Shown piece after piece: positions 20,159-29,910 of a DNA stretch of 64,000 nucleotides; position 1 is the first letter of the stretch, and the number at the start of each line of letters is the position of its first letter. The translations under genes were made by a program, and so were the position numbers. The DNA is taken from positions 29,793-93,792 of IMG/VR virus record IMGVR_UViG_3300012983_000032; one strand, 5' to 3'. The notes under the pieces are model-generated. The model was not told the DNA's origin, did no database searches, and worked only from the letters and a program-made list of their open reading frames with translations. The stretch is from a virus. Lineage: Duplodnaviria; Heunggongvirae; Uroviricota; Caudoviricetes.

Positions 20159-21367
20159 CTAACACGCTATCTCCTTATTTATTTCGTCTCTTTCTTCAGG
20201 TGTTAACCCAAAGAAATCATATAACATTTCATCAGTCCAAGGATGAGTGTAGTCGGATATAAAAGGGAGAAACCGTGGGTGGATGTTCACGTCCACTATA
20301 CTTTTCCGCAAAACATACATAAACAACTTTGAGTAACAAACGTCATAAAAGTTCTTTGTTTCTTCTTCAGTATCAAACTCAACACAGTCCCAACTCAATA
20401 TATCACCGTGAACACTTCTTTTATTTTGTGCTTTACATTCTGCAAGTGATAAACCATTCTTTTCAGATTTACCATTTACGAACCATCTTCCATAAGTTTG
20501 TTCATTCTTCAGAATGCTACAATCTTTGAAGAGGTTATCAAATCCACTATGGTCACCAACAATCGAACTTATCAAACAAAAGCAAGGTTTCTCTACATTT
20601 TCATATTTTACTATTGGGAAACCATCAGTTTTACTTACAATTTTCTCAAGAAGCTTATTTTTATAAGGACTTTCCCATTTACCATTTTTAGTTATATGAT
20701 AAATACCTAAATCCATCTTCAGATTTATGACAAATATATCAGACGCTTGATGAGCTGTGATTATATCTATTGACTCAATATTTTTTCTCACATCTTCAAA
20801 CTTATTCCAATCACTACTCTTCTTATATTCTGCCAATGGGTCTTGCAACCAACGAATAGGGGAAAGATTTATAATATCATCACTAAGTCTCATTGCAGTA
20901 GAAACAAGTTTAAGATGAAAGTTTCCGTCGTAAGGTGGATTCATAATAATTTTTGTAAATTTCAATTTCTTATTGTATAACTCCTCTAAAACTTTAATAT
21001 ATGACTTATCTACATTATCTTCAAACTCTTCAAAATCAGATAAATTTTTAATAATTTTATTAATATTAACGGAACTCCAATTGATTCTCTTTTGGAGAGA
21101 GTCACCTACCCACTTAAAGATACTTTTATAGTATTTATAAGTATCGGCATTTCCGATAATCATAATCTCGGAATTTTTCCGACATTCATTAATTAGCCAA
21201 CACAAATTATTACTAATAGTATCAGGGTTTGAGTCAGATAAAGATAACTTATTATTTAACACTGCCCCAAAAAAACCAATAGTATTTCCTAATATACATA
21301 TCTTTTCAGCTTTATCATTAATTTGCAAGCCTAAATTTATATACATTGAGTTAGATATTGCAATCAC
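20159..21367 (-). CDS. Putative N6-adenine DNA methyltransferase, gamma-like order
   Basis: N-terminal Gly-rich ICILGNTIGFFGAV, a possible motif I, then KIIMNPPYDGN (motif IV) about 120 aa later, and a C-terminal region shared with the two short paralogs. Start is translationally coupled (ATGA) to the helicase stop. Confidence 0.45.
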   Translation of the reverse strand: MIAISNSMYINLGLQINDKAEKICILGNTIGFFGAVLNNKLSLSDSNPDTISNNLCWLINECRKNSEIMIIGNADTYKYYKSIFKWVGDSLQKRINWSSVNINKIIKNLSDFEEFEDNVDKSYIKVLEELYNKKLKFTKIIMNPPYDGNFHLKLVSTAMRLSDDIINLSPIRWLQDPLAEYKKSSDWNKFEDVRKNIESIDIITAHQASDIFVINLKMDLGIYHITKNGKWESPYKNKLLEKIVSKTDGFPIVKYENVEKPCFCLISSIVGDHSGFDNLFKDCSILKNEQTYGRWFVNGKSEKNGLSLAECKAQNKRSVHGDILSWDCVEFDTEEETKNFYDVCYSKLFMYVLRKSIVDVNIHPRFLPFISDYTHPWTDEMLYDFFGLTPEERDEINKEIAC

Positions 21368-23106
21368 TACAACACCTCATAAAATTTATTAACATCGAAC
21401 CCTGCTACAGACTTTAGCATTTTAGGTATTTTTTTATAAACATAATCTGTAATTTCTCTATTCATTAACCATTCTACAGTATCATATTCTTTGTTTTCAA
21501 CGTCTACTAACCCTTGAACATCTTTTTTAATATTTTTATAAATTTCTTTAGTTTCGGGGAGTTTCATACTTAAAATCTTACCGTATCTTTCTTTAACAGT
21601 ATTTACAATTTTCATAAGTAATTTTTCAATATGTTCTTCAGAGACATCCTTTCCATTTCTTGCTGGGCCAGAACTATGGGTCTCTACAAGTTCATTACTA
21701 CCTGATGGTCTATTACCGTTATGGAGTCCTAGTGTCTCAAATACTGCCAATCCTAGTCCATAATATCTTTCAATAAGACCTCTAGTATTAGAGAGTGCCA
21801 TAGGGTCTTCTGCGGGTTGAATAAGATAAACCCCACCCCACTTTTTAATACGTGGACTATCCATATATTTTTTTTCTTTTGTTCCTACAAATTTTTTACC
21901 ACGTTCACCTTTACGACACCTTAGAACACGTCCAATCGTTTGAATAAACATTCGGTATCTTTCTGCATTTCCTCGACTACGAGAGAAAATTACACAGTCT
22001 GTTAATCCCTTAATGTCAATACCCTCTCTAAGCATACGAATATGAATAACAAAACAATCACCCTCATATGATTCAACTTCTCTAGAAAACTCTGCAATAT
22101 TTGTTCTTTCATATTGTTCATATCCACCATTAGGGTCACAAATACAAATAGTATGATATCCCGCTTTTTGCAATTCAATATCAAGTTTTTGCAAATCTGA
22201 CTTTGCAGAAGTAGTAACCAAAACTTTATGATAAATATTAGGGTTTGTTCTTTTCGCATGTTCCATAATCATTATAAGTTGATTAACTGTAAGTTCTGGT
22301 TCGGAAGTATTTATATAATCTACCATAGGTGGTAGAATATCACCTTTCTGAATAGACTCTTTTGCAGAAACATTAATTATATAAGGTTTCCCCCTCATAG
22401 GTTCTGTTTCGTGCTCTTGTATAATACTTACAATATTAGGGTCTGGTGTAGCAGTAAAAGCAAAGACTGCATCACTAAAGTCACATAATTTATGAAGGTC
22501 AATTCTTTTATCTAAGTCTATAACATTTCCGTCAGAAGTCTGAGTACACTCAATAATAGGAAGGAGATGTGCCTCGTCAAGATAGTTATAAATACTAACA
22601 TACCCAGGGTTTTTAAAATTAATATTGTCTTTTTCGTCTTTAGAATCTCTAACATTTTCAATGAATTTTATAAACTTCCACATAGATAGATTACAAGACG
22701 CAACAATATTTATCTTTCTATGTTTTAATGCAAATTGTGAAAATGGATTAACGTCAATTTCTAGAATACTTACGTCATAGTTTCCACCGTCGTCGGATGA
22801 ATTAATAAAAAATGCAATATCATCAGTACTTATCCCTCTAAGTTGAACTACCTCAAAAAGGTCTTTCATTAATTGCTGAGTTAATTTTAAGATAGGACAA
22901 GAAATATTAATTATAAGGGTACCTTCATTATGAACTTCAATTCTTTTAATAATATCTTCAATACATACCCCTGACTTACCAACACCTGTTGGAATAACAA
23001 TATGACCAAAATGTTTCTTGGTTTCATAAAGACGGTATTTATATTTCTCTCCTTCTTTTTCCATCTTGTCTATCATCCAAGACATTTTACAATCCTGCTT
23101 ATTCAT
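21367..23106 (-). CDS. Superfamily-2 DEAH helicase, restriction-Res/UvsW-like
   Basis: Motif I IPTGVGKSGV, motif II YLDEAHLL, motif III AFTATP, motif VI QTIGRVLR. Confidence 0.75.
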   Translation of the reverse strand: MNKQDCKMSWMIDKMEKEGEKYKYRLYETKKHFGHIVIPTGVGKSGVCIEDIIKRIEVHNEGTLIINISCPILKLTQQLMKDLFEVVQLRGISTDDIAFFINSSDDGGNYDVSILEIDVNPFSQFALKHRKINIVASCNLSMWKFIKFIENVRDSKDEKDNINFKNPGYVSIYNYLDEAHLLPIIECTQTSDGNVIDLDKRIDLHKLCDFSDAVFAFTATPDPNIVSIIQEHETEPMRGKPYIINVSAKESIQKGDILPPMVDYINTSEPELTVNQLIMIMEHAKRTNPNIYHKVLVTTSAKSDLQKLDIELQKAGYHTICICDPNGGYEQYERTNIAEFSREVESYEGDCFVIHIRMLREGIDIKGLTDCVIFSRSRGNAERYRMFIQTIGRVLRCRKGERGKKFVGTKEKKYMDSPRIKKWGGVYLIQPAEDPMALSNTRGLIERYYGLGLAVFETLGLHNGNRPSGSNELVETHSSGPARNGKDVSEEHIEKLLMKIVNTVKERYGKILSMKLPETKEIYKNIKKDVQGLVDVENKEYDTVEWLMNREITDYVYKKIPKMLKSVAGFDVNKFYEVL

Positions 23107-23146
23107 TATATCCTCTTTTAAAAAATAATATACCTATATATTAACA

Positions 23147-23156
23147 CAAAAATCCC
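23147..23156 (-). promoter_or_regulatory. GTGTTAATATA promoter, 40 nt before helicase ATG 23106, directly after a terminator hairpin
   Basis: motif. Confidence 0.5.
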
Positions 23157-23184
23157 CTACTCACTGGTAGGGGATTTAAATATT
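23157..23184 (-). terminator. Terminator hairpin (cccctactcactggtagggg) immediately upstream of the helicase promoter
   Basis: Hairpin then ATTTTTGTG on the minus strand. Confidence 0.6.
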
Positions 23185-23201
23185 TCTGTACTGTAATTCT
23201 C

Positions 23202-23969
23202 TTAAAGTAAGTCTTTCAAATATTTTGGCAAAATATCTCGCCAAAAGAAAGGAACTTGATTGTTAATATTTTGATTTAAGGTCTTTGCGTCAATAAAAAC
23301 AACATGACGATAAAGTGCTTTATTTTCTTTCAAAAAAGTAGATACCTCATTATCTGTGCTTAGCCAACAGATAATAACATTTTTTGTTTCTTCTGGTTTA
23401 ATCAACTCCTCTGCAACAGCTTGACCAAAAACTCCCTGAATTACACTCATATTAAGTGTAGTTCCTGCAAAAGGATTCCAAAACTTTATCTGTATTGCAC
23501 AGTCTTTTTCTTTTGCCCCTACAGAATATGTACAAACCGCGTCTACACCAAAGTCGTGTTCACTTGACTTTAATGGGACAGGTACCACATTCTGAAAATG
23601 ATACATTTCATTAGAAACTAAAAGGGAATTAACATTTGTAAGTAAGCAGTTAAAGAAAATTTCACCAAATGCACCAATACAGAAATTTCGCATATCGTCA
23701 TTTTCTGCATTAGAATATGTTGGTTCTATTGACTTTACCCAGTCAATGTACTTCGGTACAGCTTTTTTATCTATAAAATTTCTATAGGTATTAACATTTG
23801 TAATATTAGATAATGTTTCCCAAAAATCTGAAGGGCATTGTGAAAGGAATTTTATAAGATTTGTACTGTACTTAGGCATATCACCGTACATACCTTTCCA
23901 AGTCAACTTTGATAACCAAACATCGTGTTTATTATCAATATAATATTCAAATCTTTCTTTATTAGTCAT
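23202..23969 (-). CDS. Hypothetical protein with a possible PD-(D/E)xK nuclease-like core
   Basis: HDFGVDAVCTYS ... KDCAIQIKFW is compatible with a D...(E/Q)xK pattern. This is weak. Confidence 0.25.
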   Translation of the reverse strand: MTNKERFEYYIDNKHDVWLSKLTWKGMYGDMPKYSTNLIKFLSQCPSDFWETLSNITNVNTYRNFIDKKAVPKYIDWVKSIEPTYSNAENDDMRNFCIGAFGEIFFNCLLTNVNSLLVSNEMYHFQNVVPVPLKSSEHDFGVDAVCTYSVGAKEKDCAIQIKFWNPFAGTTLNMSVIQGVFGQAVAEELIKPEETKNVIICWLSTDNEVSTFLKENKALYRHVVFIDAKTLNQNINNQVPFFWRDILPKYLKDLL

Positions 23970-23974
23970 ACAGA

Positions 23975-23984
23975 TATATTAACA
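23975..23984 (-). promoter_or_regulatory. TGTTAATATA box 5 nt before ATG 23969 (leaderless configuration), after terminator 23997-24016
   Basis: motif. Confidence 0.4.
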
Positions 23985-24018
23985 TAAAACAAAAAACCCC
24001 AAGATTTCTCTTGGGGCT
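23985..24018 (-). terminator. Rho-independent terminator after RNA ligase 24032..25324
   Basis: ccccaagagaaatcttgggg then TTTTTTGTTTT on the minus strand. Confidence 0.7.
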
Positions 24019-24031
24019 TACAGTATGGTTA

Positions 24032-25324
24032 TCACAAAGACTTTTTAATCTTTACTGCCATACCATGAATTGCTGACAACTTTTCTGAAGCATAGTCACA
24101 ATTTTTAACTTTAAAGCTAACTCCGATATTGCTATCCTTATCGTAGTTCATAGTACGAACTACAACACCTTCGTGCTGCAAGAAGTCTTTCCAAAGTTCA
24201 CCTTTTGGGACTTCTTCCTTATAACAAATAATATTATCGTCCTTTTCAGGAGTCCAATATACTTTTTCTGCATAAGAAACAGCAGTGTTGATATCAGGCA
24301 TAATTGAACCAAGTTTTACGTCCTTTTCAAGGATAGGAACGAATCTCAATCCAAACATTTCTGATACTTTGATAGCCTCTTCCAAAGGAAGTTGCTTACC
24401 AGTTTTGTAGTCTTTTACAGTAAATACATACCAATAGTTTTTGGTAAAGTCATAGATATTATCCTGAATACCTGGACCTACCTGTTCACCCTGGAAAACA
24501 TAAACTTTGCCAATATCTTTGTAAACTCGTTTATACTTATTTACAATATCATACTGCCTCATCATTTCCCAGAATAATGACTTGTCTTCAAGAGTATATG
24601 CGTTGTTACGAGAACAAACATATGCACCTTTAAGTTTTTTACCTTTGAAGTCAGGTACTACTGTAAATGACTGACCCTCCATTTTTACAGATGTATAAAC
24701 TTCGGAGTCTTTAAATCTTTCAAGAACGTACTTCATATTTTGAACACAAGTTTCATCAGATTTTGACACAATCTGTGATGGAAATCCACCCGCAGAGTTT
24801 TGGTGTTTTCTCTGCCAAATACGTCCAATCCAACGTGTTAAGAAGTGACCCAAACAGAACTTTACCCATTTAGGATAACTCTTTTTTGAATCTCCTCTTG
24901 TAGGAGAAGCGTCTTCAACAGGTTCATACTTGCGAATATTCAACAAGTCTGTGATATCATCACCTGCTTTCAACTTACTCAATACATTCTTATCAATCGG
25001 CAATTCTTCAAGAGAAACTGCCAATCCCCAAGATTTAACTCTTTCACCTTTTTCACCATTATAGTCTTTTGCACCCATTGTCATAGGATGGATAATAAAA
25101 CCCTTTTCTTTTTCACTATAACAACGTTTACGCAAAAACTCCCAAGCCTCTACCTCAGGTAAAATTGAACCTTCCTGAATAAATGCTAAGGTATCTCCAA
25201 CTTTAACAGTGCTAGGGACAATAGCCTCAAACCCATTTTGCACAAATCGCACAGCAACGATGCGGTCTTTTTCAAACATTTTTTGAACTGAATCTACAGT
25301 TACAATACTTGCTAAGTCTCTCAT
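24032..25324 (-). CDS. ATP-dependent RNA ligase, Rnl2-like nucleotidyltransferase, with an N-terminal extra domain
   Basis: Motif I VKMEGQS, motif III YVFQGEQVG, motif IV HEGVVVRT, motif V SFKVKN. Confidence 0.55.
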   Translation of the reverse strand: MRDLASIVTVDSVQKMFEKDRIVAVRFVQNGFEAIVPSTVKVGDTLAFIQEGSILPEVEAWEFLRKRCYSEKEKGFIIHPMTMGAKDYNGEKGERVKSWGLAVSLEELPIDKNVLSKLKAGDDITDLLNIRKYEPVEDASPTRGDSKKSYPKWVKFCLGHFLTRWIGRIWQRKHQNSAGGFPSQIVSKSDETCVQNMKYVLERFKDSEVYTSVKMEGQSFTVVPDFKGKKLKGAYVCSRNNAYTLEDKSLFWEMMRQYDIVNKYKRVYKDIGKVYVFQGEQVGPGIQDNIYDFTKNYWYVFTVKDYKTGKQLPLEEAIKVSEMFGLRFVPILEKDVKLGSIMPDINTAVSYAEKVYWTPEKDDNIICYKEEVPKGELWKDFLQHEGVVVRTMNYDKDSNIGVSFKVKNCDYASEKLSAIHGMAVKIKKSL

Positions 25325-25403
25325 ATTTGAGACCTCCTTAATGATTTAAAAATTGCCCGCCACCACTTGCATTTGTAATAGATGCAAGAAACTATGTATA
25401 TAC

Positions 25404-25412
25404 TATATTAAC
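25404..25412 (-). promoter_or_regulatory. CGTTAATATA promoter, 79 nt before RNA-ligase ATG 25324. The UTR contains a 7-bp hairpin (cttgcat...atgcaag) and RBS AAGGAGG.
   Basis: motif. Confidence 0.45.
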
Positions 25413-25418
25413 GCAAAT

Positions 25419-25703
25419 TCACACAATCACACAAGGAACGTATGCAACTGAACGACGATATGTTAGTACTTCTGTTAAATTAAAATGACCAATCATCCAC
25501 TCAGCATCTTTCTCAGAAATTGTGCAGCTAAAGTTTCTTTTTGCTTTTGGTGTGTACTGAAGAAGTTGATAAGATACATTATCCTCATAGTCATATGACT
25601 TCAATATTCTACACATAATTGTAAAAGCCTTTTCCATTTTTGGTCTATCAACTTCACATACCCCAGCAGATGGAAAAGTTTTAAATGCTTCTTTTAATTT
25701 CAT
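25419..25703 (-). CDS. Hypothetical protein
   Basis: ORF in an operon, overlapping the upstream gene by 4 nt. Confidence 0.3.
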   Translation of the reverse strand: MKLKEAFKTFPSAGVCEVDRPKMEKAFTIMCRILKSYDYEDNVSYQLLQYTPKAKRNFSCTISEKDAEWMIGHFNLTEVLTYRRSVAYVPCVIV

Positions 25704-26479
25704 TTTTGACCCCTTGAATAAAATATTTTATCTTTTTCTGTTTCAGGTATTATAGTTACATATTCATTTGCACATATTTTCGGCATAACGCCCCTTACAA
25801 GTTTTAACATACTCTCAGGTCTATCAATGCTTTGGTACTTTTCATATTTCTTGTCTGAAAAATATGGTTCCTCTATGGACGGTACTGGTTCATCAAACTC
25901 ACGTATCAATTCCGTCTTAACAGACTCAATAGATTTTTTTGTTTTCTTTGAAAGACGAAAGTTCATTTCTCCGTCACTAATACCATTAGTAGAGTCTTTA
26001 TATGCAACTTGACGAACTCTGTCAAATGCAATTTCTTTTGCATAATTAAAGTCACCCTTATCTTTAGGATGTTTCTTTACGTATGCAATTCTTATATCTG
26101 GTAGATGTTTAAGAGTCCCTTTAGACAAAATTATTACTGCCATACATATTTCATTCTGATTATTTTTAATTCTAAAAAACTTACAATTTTCAGGAGAAGT
26201 ATATTTTTCTTCAACTTCTCTCCACGTCATTAAAAATGAATTAGGTCTACTGCGAGAAATATACTGTTCAAGTTTTTCCTGATAAGTCTTTTTGTTAATT
26301 TCATACTGTTTATTATATTTTTCCCTATACTCTTTGTAAAGAGGGTCGTCAGATATACTAGACATATAGTCTTGTTGATTACCGATAAATTGGTCTAACG
26401 TTTTATCTATTTTTTCATTTGAAAGTTTTTCTAATAATTCATCTTTAATCATAAAGTCCCTTTTACTCGTTTGTAACAT
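25700..26479 (-). CDS. Hypothetical protein
   Basis: ORF; its start overlaps the thymidine kinase stop. Confidence 0.3.
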   Translation of the reverse strand: MLQTSKRDFMIKDELLEKLSNEKIDKTLDQFIGNQQDYMSSISDDPLYKEYREKYNKQYEINKKTYQEKLEQYISRSRPNSFLMTWREVEEKYTSPENCKFFRIKNNQNEICMAVIILSKGTLKHLPDIRIAYVKKHPKDKGDFNYAKEIAFDRVRQVAYKDSTNGISDGEMNFRLSKKTKKSIESVKTELIREFDEPVPSIEEPYFSDKKYEKYQSIDRPESMLKLVRGVMPKICANEYVTIIPETEKDKIFYSRGQK

Positions 26480-27021
26480 TTTTTACAAACACACTCATAC
26501 TTATCAGTATCACCTACAACAATAGTTTCAGTTTTCTTCCCTCTGAACATAGAGTAATTTCCTAAATCACTTCCACAACGCATACAAATTCCCAAGAGTT
26601 TGATAATATCATCACAATAAGGTAACAAACTTATTGCCTCTGGAAATAATGTATTTTCAGAAGTAGATAATAATCCTGCAAAATACACATCTTGGTTAGT
26701 TACAACCTCATTTGCCATTTTAGCAAGTAATGAAACATTTTTTATCATAAAATATTCGTCAACAAAAATTCTATCAAAATTATCCAAAATAGACATTGCA
26801 TTTTCTTCGGTAATTTCCTCTACCTCAAATAAACTAATCTTACCCTCTTTTATAAACTTCTCCAAAAGTTCATTTCCTGCGGAGTGTGTAAAATAGTCTC
26901 TTGTATCTTTTTTAGGTCTAACAAGTGCAATTCTTTTTTTACCATAAACTGCACGTTCCATTTTCTGCAATAAAGTGGTACTTTTCCCACCATACATTGG
27001 CCCTACGATAAGTGTATTCAT
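26449..27021 (-). CDS. tdk: Thymidine kinase, TK1 family
   Basis: P-loop GPMYGGKST, FVDEYFM, and a C-terminal zinc ribbon CMRCGS...CKKCY. Confidence 0.8.
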   Translation of the reverse strand: MNTLIVGPMYGGKSTTLLQKMERAVYGKKRIALVRPKKDTRDYFTHSAGNELLEKFIKEGKISLFEVEEITEENAMSILDNFDRIFVDEYFMIKNVSLLAKMANEVVTNQDVYFAGLLSTSENTLFPEAISLLPYCDDIIKLLGICMRCGSDLGNYSMFRGKKTETIVVGDTDKYECVCKKCYKRVKGTL

Positions 27022-27040
27022 TGTTTCTACACTGACTTGT

Positions 27041-27262
27041 TTAATCAGTGCCTTCTCCTTTCAAAAATAAAATTAACTCTACTGTAATAAATATAAAGCC
27101 TACAATACCAGCTAAAATAAAGAATATTCCTACAAATATAGGAAATGTAACTTTTACTGGGAAGTTTATGGCTAAATAAACTCCTGCCACCCCTAAAAAT
27201 ACACATAAGAGAAAATATAAATAATGTAATATAAAATAAATTGAACGTTTCATATTTTCCAC
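27041..27262 (-). CDS. Small hydrophobic membrane protein
   Basis: 73 aa with two TM helices. Confidence 0.25.
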   Translation of the reverse strand: MENMKRSIYFILHYLYFLLCVFLGVAGVYLAINFPVKVTFPIFVGIFFILAGIVGFIFITVELILFLKGEGTD

Positions 27263-27270
27263 CCAAACAA

Positions 27271-28158
27271 TTATTTACTTTGTCCTTCTCTAGACAACAT
27301 ATCTCGATACTCTTTAATTTTTCTCTTCTGCAGTCTCTCACTTTCCAACATAGTTAAAAACTCTACTGGCGGTTTTTCTGTATCAAAGATGGTATAGTAA
27401 TCATGACTAGGGGAGTCTATAACAATAAGTTTATCATTATGTTTTGACTTTAAGTACAATGGTGGGTAGTAGGATTCTGTATGTCCTACTATCTGTTGAG
27501 GAAAGTGCATATCATTTAATAATGCTGTCGGGCGTATCCATATAGGACTAGCACGTTTAGTGTCACCACTGCCATAGAAGTCGTCAGCACCAATATTATG
27601 TTCAAAAATGTCTAAATCTGCTCGACGTTCTTCTGAGGTAAAAGCATTTTGAAAGATTTTATTTACTCTTTCTGTTACACACATACTAATCCACTCTTCC
27701 TGTTCCATATCATAACGTTTCTTCTCAAACTCACCAAAAATATCACTGTTAATACCGTGCTTTGTACACCAAGTGGAAGAAAATCCTGCATGGCTAAATA
27801 CCCAGCCGTCAAGTTCTACTGCAATTTTGAAAAGGTCAATATTATCCATAAATACCTTTTGGTAGTCAACACGATATTTTGGATTATATCCAGAGTATTT
27901 TGCACCAACAATATATTGATAGTCATGATTACCTAAGAGAATTTCAAATTTTGTAGGTTCTTCTCTTGCCATAGAACAAACTTCTTTAATCCCACTAATC
28001 ATAGGAAGACCGTGTTTAAATATATCAAAGTCGTCTACATAGTCCCCTAATAAAACTACTTTATCTACCTCGTCTTTATGAGATTTTATATATTCTATAG
28101 TATTAATCCAATTACCATGTACGTCAGGGATAATTAAAATTTTCATAACTCTAACCAA
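27271..28158 (-). CDS. Calcineurin-like metallophosphoesterase (lambda-PPase or Pnkp-phosphatase-like)
   Basis: IIPDVHG, LLGDYVDD, LGNHDY metallophosphatase motifs. Confidence 0.7.
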   Translation of the reverse strand: MVRVMKILIIPDVHGNWINTIEYIKSHKDEVDKVVLLGDYVDDFDIFKHGLPMISGIKEVCSMAREEPTKFEILLGNHDYQYIVGAKYSGYNPKYRVDYQKVFMDNIDLFKIAVELDGWVFSHAGFSSTWCTKHGINSDIFGEFEKKRYDMEQEEWISMCVTERVNKIFQNAFTSEERRADLDIFEHNIGADDFYGSGDTKRASPIWIRPTALLNDMHFPQQIVGHTESYYPPLYLKSKHNDKLIVIDSPSHDYYTIFDTEKPPVEFLTMLESERLQKRKIKEYRDMLSREGQSK

Positions 28159-28484
28159 CCACCTTCACCCATATTCGCAGTCTTATAATACCAAGTACCG
28201 TCCATATAGATAAATATAAAAGCAATATCTTCATTTTGAGAATAACGTGCATCAAAGTTTTCTATCCCTTTTTCAGAAATAAGTTTATATACACTCTTCT
28301 CTGGAGAGATTGTCAAATAATCTCTATTTCCAAGAGAGGCTACCCACTTTGCATCTTCAGGTGAAATATAATTATTTTTAAGGAAGTCTCCTACACCGTC
28401 TGTGATATATCCGTCGTGTCTAACTACTGACGCAACGATATTATCTTTTTTATCCATATAAGCAACAATACACTGTGTACTCAT
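28143..28484 (-). CDS. Hypothetical protein
   Basis: ORF in an operon. Confidence 0.3.
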   Translation of the reverse strand: MSTQCIVAYMDKKDNIVASVVRHDGYITDGVGDFLKNNYISPEDAKWVASLGNRDYLTISPEKSVYKLISEKGIENFDARYSQNEDIAFIFIYMDGTWYYKTANMGEGGWLEL

Positions 28485-28500
28485 ATTCTACTCCTGGGAA

Positions 28501-28752
28501 TTATAATTTATCTTTTTCCGCTACTATTTCAACTAAAATATTATTTACTTCTTCATAAAATGTTCTACTTACTACATTATAGTAATCAGAACCACCCATA
28601 TCATCGTCTTCATTTAAAATTGCAATTGTGTCTCCTATACGAACATTTTCCAATATAGGTGTACATACACTTCTACATCTGCTACCATCTTTATCTTCCT
28701 CTGTTTTAAGATAAAGCCTATAGTCATATTTCATTGTTTTTATAACCTCCAA
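28501..28752 (-). CDS. Hypothetical small protein
   Basis: The track start is TTG. The internal ATG (MKYDY...) with a GAGG RBS is more likely. Promoter box at 28769-28778. Confidence 0.3.
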   Translation of the reverse strand: MEVIKTMKYDYRLYLKTEEDKDGSRCRSVCTPILENVRIGDTIAILNEDDDMGGSDYYNVVSRTFYEEVNNILVEIVAEKDKL

Positions 28753-28768
28753 AATTTGTTATATATAA

Positions 28769-28778
28769 TATATTAACA
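28769..28778 (-). promoter_or_regulatory. TTGTTAATATA promoter after terminator 28787-28820
   Basis: motif. Confidence 0.5.
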
Positions 28779-28821
28779 ACAAAAAAGGTCAGAAACCTAA
28801 GTCTCTGACCTAAAATATACT
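28779..28821 (-). terminator. Rho-independent terminator after the primase gene
   Basis: ggtcagagacttaggtttctgacc then TTTTTTGTTG on the minus strand. Confidence 0.65.
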
Positions 28822-28824
28822 TAA

Positions 28825-29889
28825 CTATTTTAAATTTTTTAAATCTACTCTAACAAACTTAATACCAAACTTTTTTTCAATTTTCTTTGTAAACTTTTCA
28901 TCAGATTTTTTATTAATAATTTCATCAGAATCTTCCTTGATGTCTTCATTAAAATCCTCTTTATTTACAATAACAGGATAACTGTCATACTGACGACAAC
29001 CTGGGGTTGGAATCATTGGGGCTTTTACTCTCCAAGGGTGTTCTTTATCTTGTTTATTACGACGAGGAGGATTAATAACAAACTCTTCATAAGGGAGATT
29101 ATTATCTTTCAATGAAATTTTCAATTTATTATATACATCTGACCGTTCTTCATCAGTAAGTGCCTTAGTAACATTTGTAATAAAATCATTTGGATTAAAC
29201 TTTAAGCACTCTTTTCTTACAAGAGTGTGAAACCCACCTGAAGTTTTAAGAATTGCAAAGTTACCTTTACCAAAAAGTTTAAGACCCTCTTCGTGAATAA
29301 CGTTCTGAATAATATCCAAGTTTTCAGGTGTACGAATATCTTTTTTTACGTCCATATCGAAGTCAATCCAAATACGTCTTGGACAGTTATGTGCGTGACA
29401 AGACTTTAAATGTTCTCCAATCTTTGGCATTTTAACAAGACTGTCATAAATACCATCACGAGAATTTTTTCTTGCAGCATTTGTCATATCCCTACGGCAA
29501 TTATTATACTCATTGATAAGGTCTTCAATACAATTCATCTCGTCAGAAGGATTCAATACTGAATATACTGTCATTGCATGTTCAGGATAAGGTACGTGAT
29601 TTGAAGTAAGCAAAGAGTTCTTATCACAATTATAACGATAGAACGCTTGCTTGTAAATATCAAAGTTCCATTCCTGTTTAAGCCCACCTTTTGTACGGAT
29701 AAGCTCTTCTCTCATCATTTCACCACGAGCACCAACTTTTGTGTATTCGCGTTCTTCATCTGTTAATTTCTTGCCACGACAAGCTAAACAAACCATATAA
29801 CTTTCCTGTGGTTCTGGCTTTTCAATAATGTGGTCAAAAAACCATTTCAATTCGTCTTCATTTAAGACCATATTGTAATATTCCGACAT
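28825..29889 (-). CDS. Archaeo-eukaryotic primase (AEP/PrimPol)-like protein
   Basis: RIWIDFDMD (motif I DxD), SGGFH (motif II), and a zinc-knuckle-like CHAHNC. Confidence 0.5.
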   Translation of the reverse strand: MSEYYNMVLNEDELKWFFDHIIEKPEPQESYMVCLACRGKKLTDEEREYTKVGARGEMMREELIRTKGGLKQEWNFDIYKQAFYRYNCDKNSLLTSNHVPYPEHAMTVYSVLNPSDEMNCIEDLINEYNNCRRDMTNAARKNSRDGIYDSLVKMPKIGEHLKSCHAHNCPRRIWIDFDMDVKKDIRTPENLDIIQNVIHEEGLKLFGKGNFAILKTSGGFHTLVRKECLKFNPNDFITNVTKALTDEERSDVYNKLKISLKDNNLPYEEFVINPPRRNKQDKEHPWRVKAPMIPTPGCRQYDSYPVIVNKEDFNEDIKEDSDEIINKKSDEKFTKKIEKKFGIKFVRVDLKNLK

Positions 29890-29910
29890 ATTTTCCTCCT
29901 AAGAAAATAG

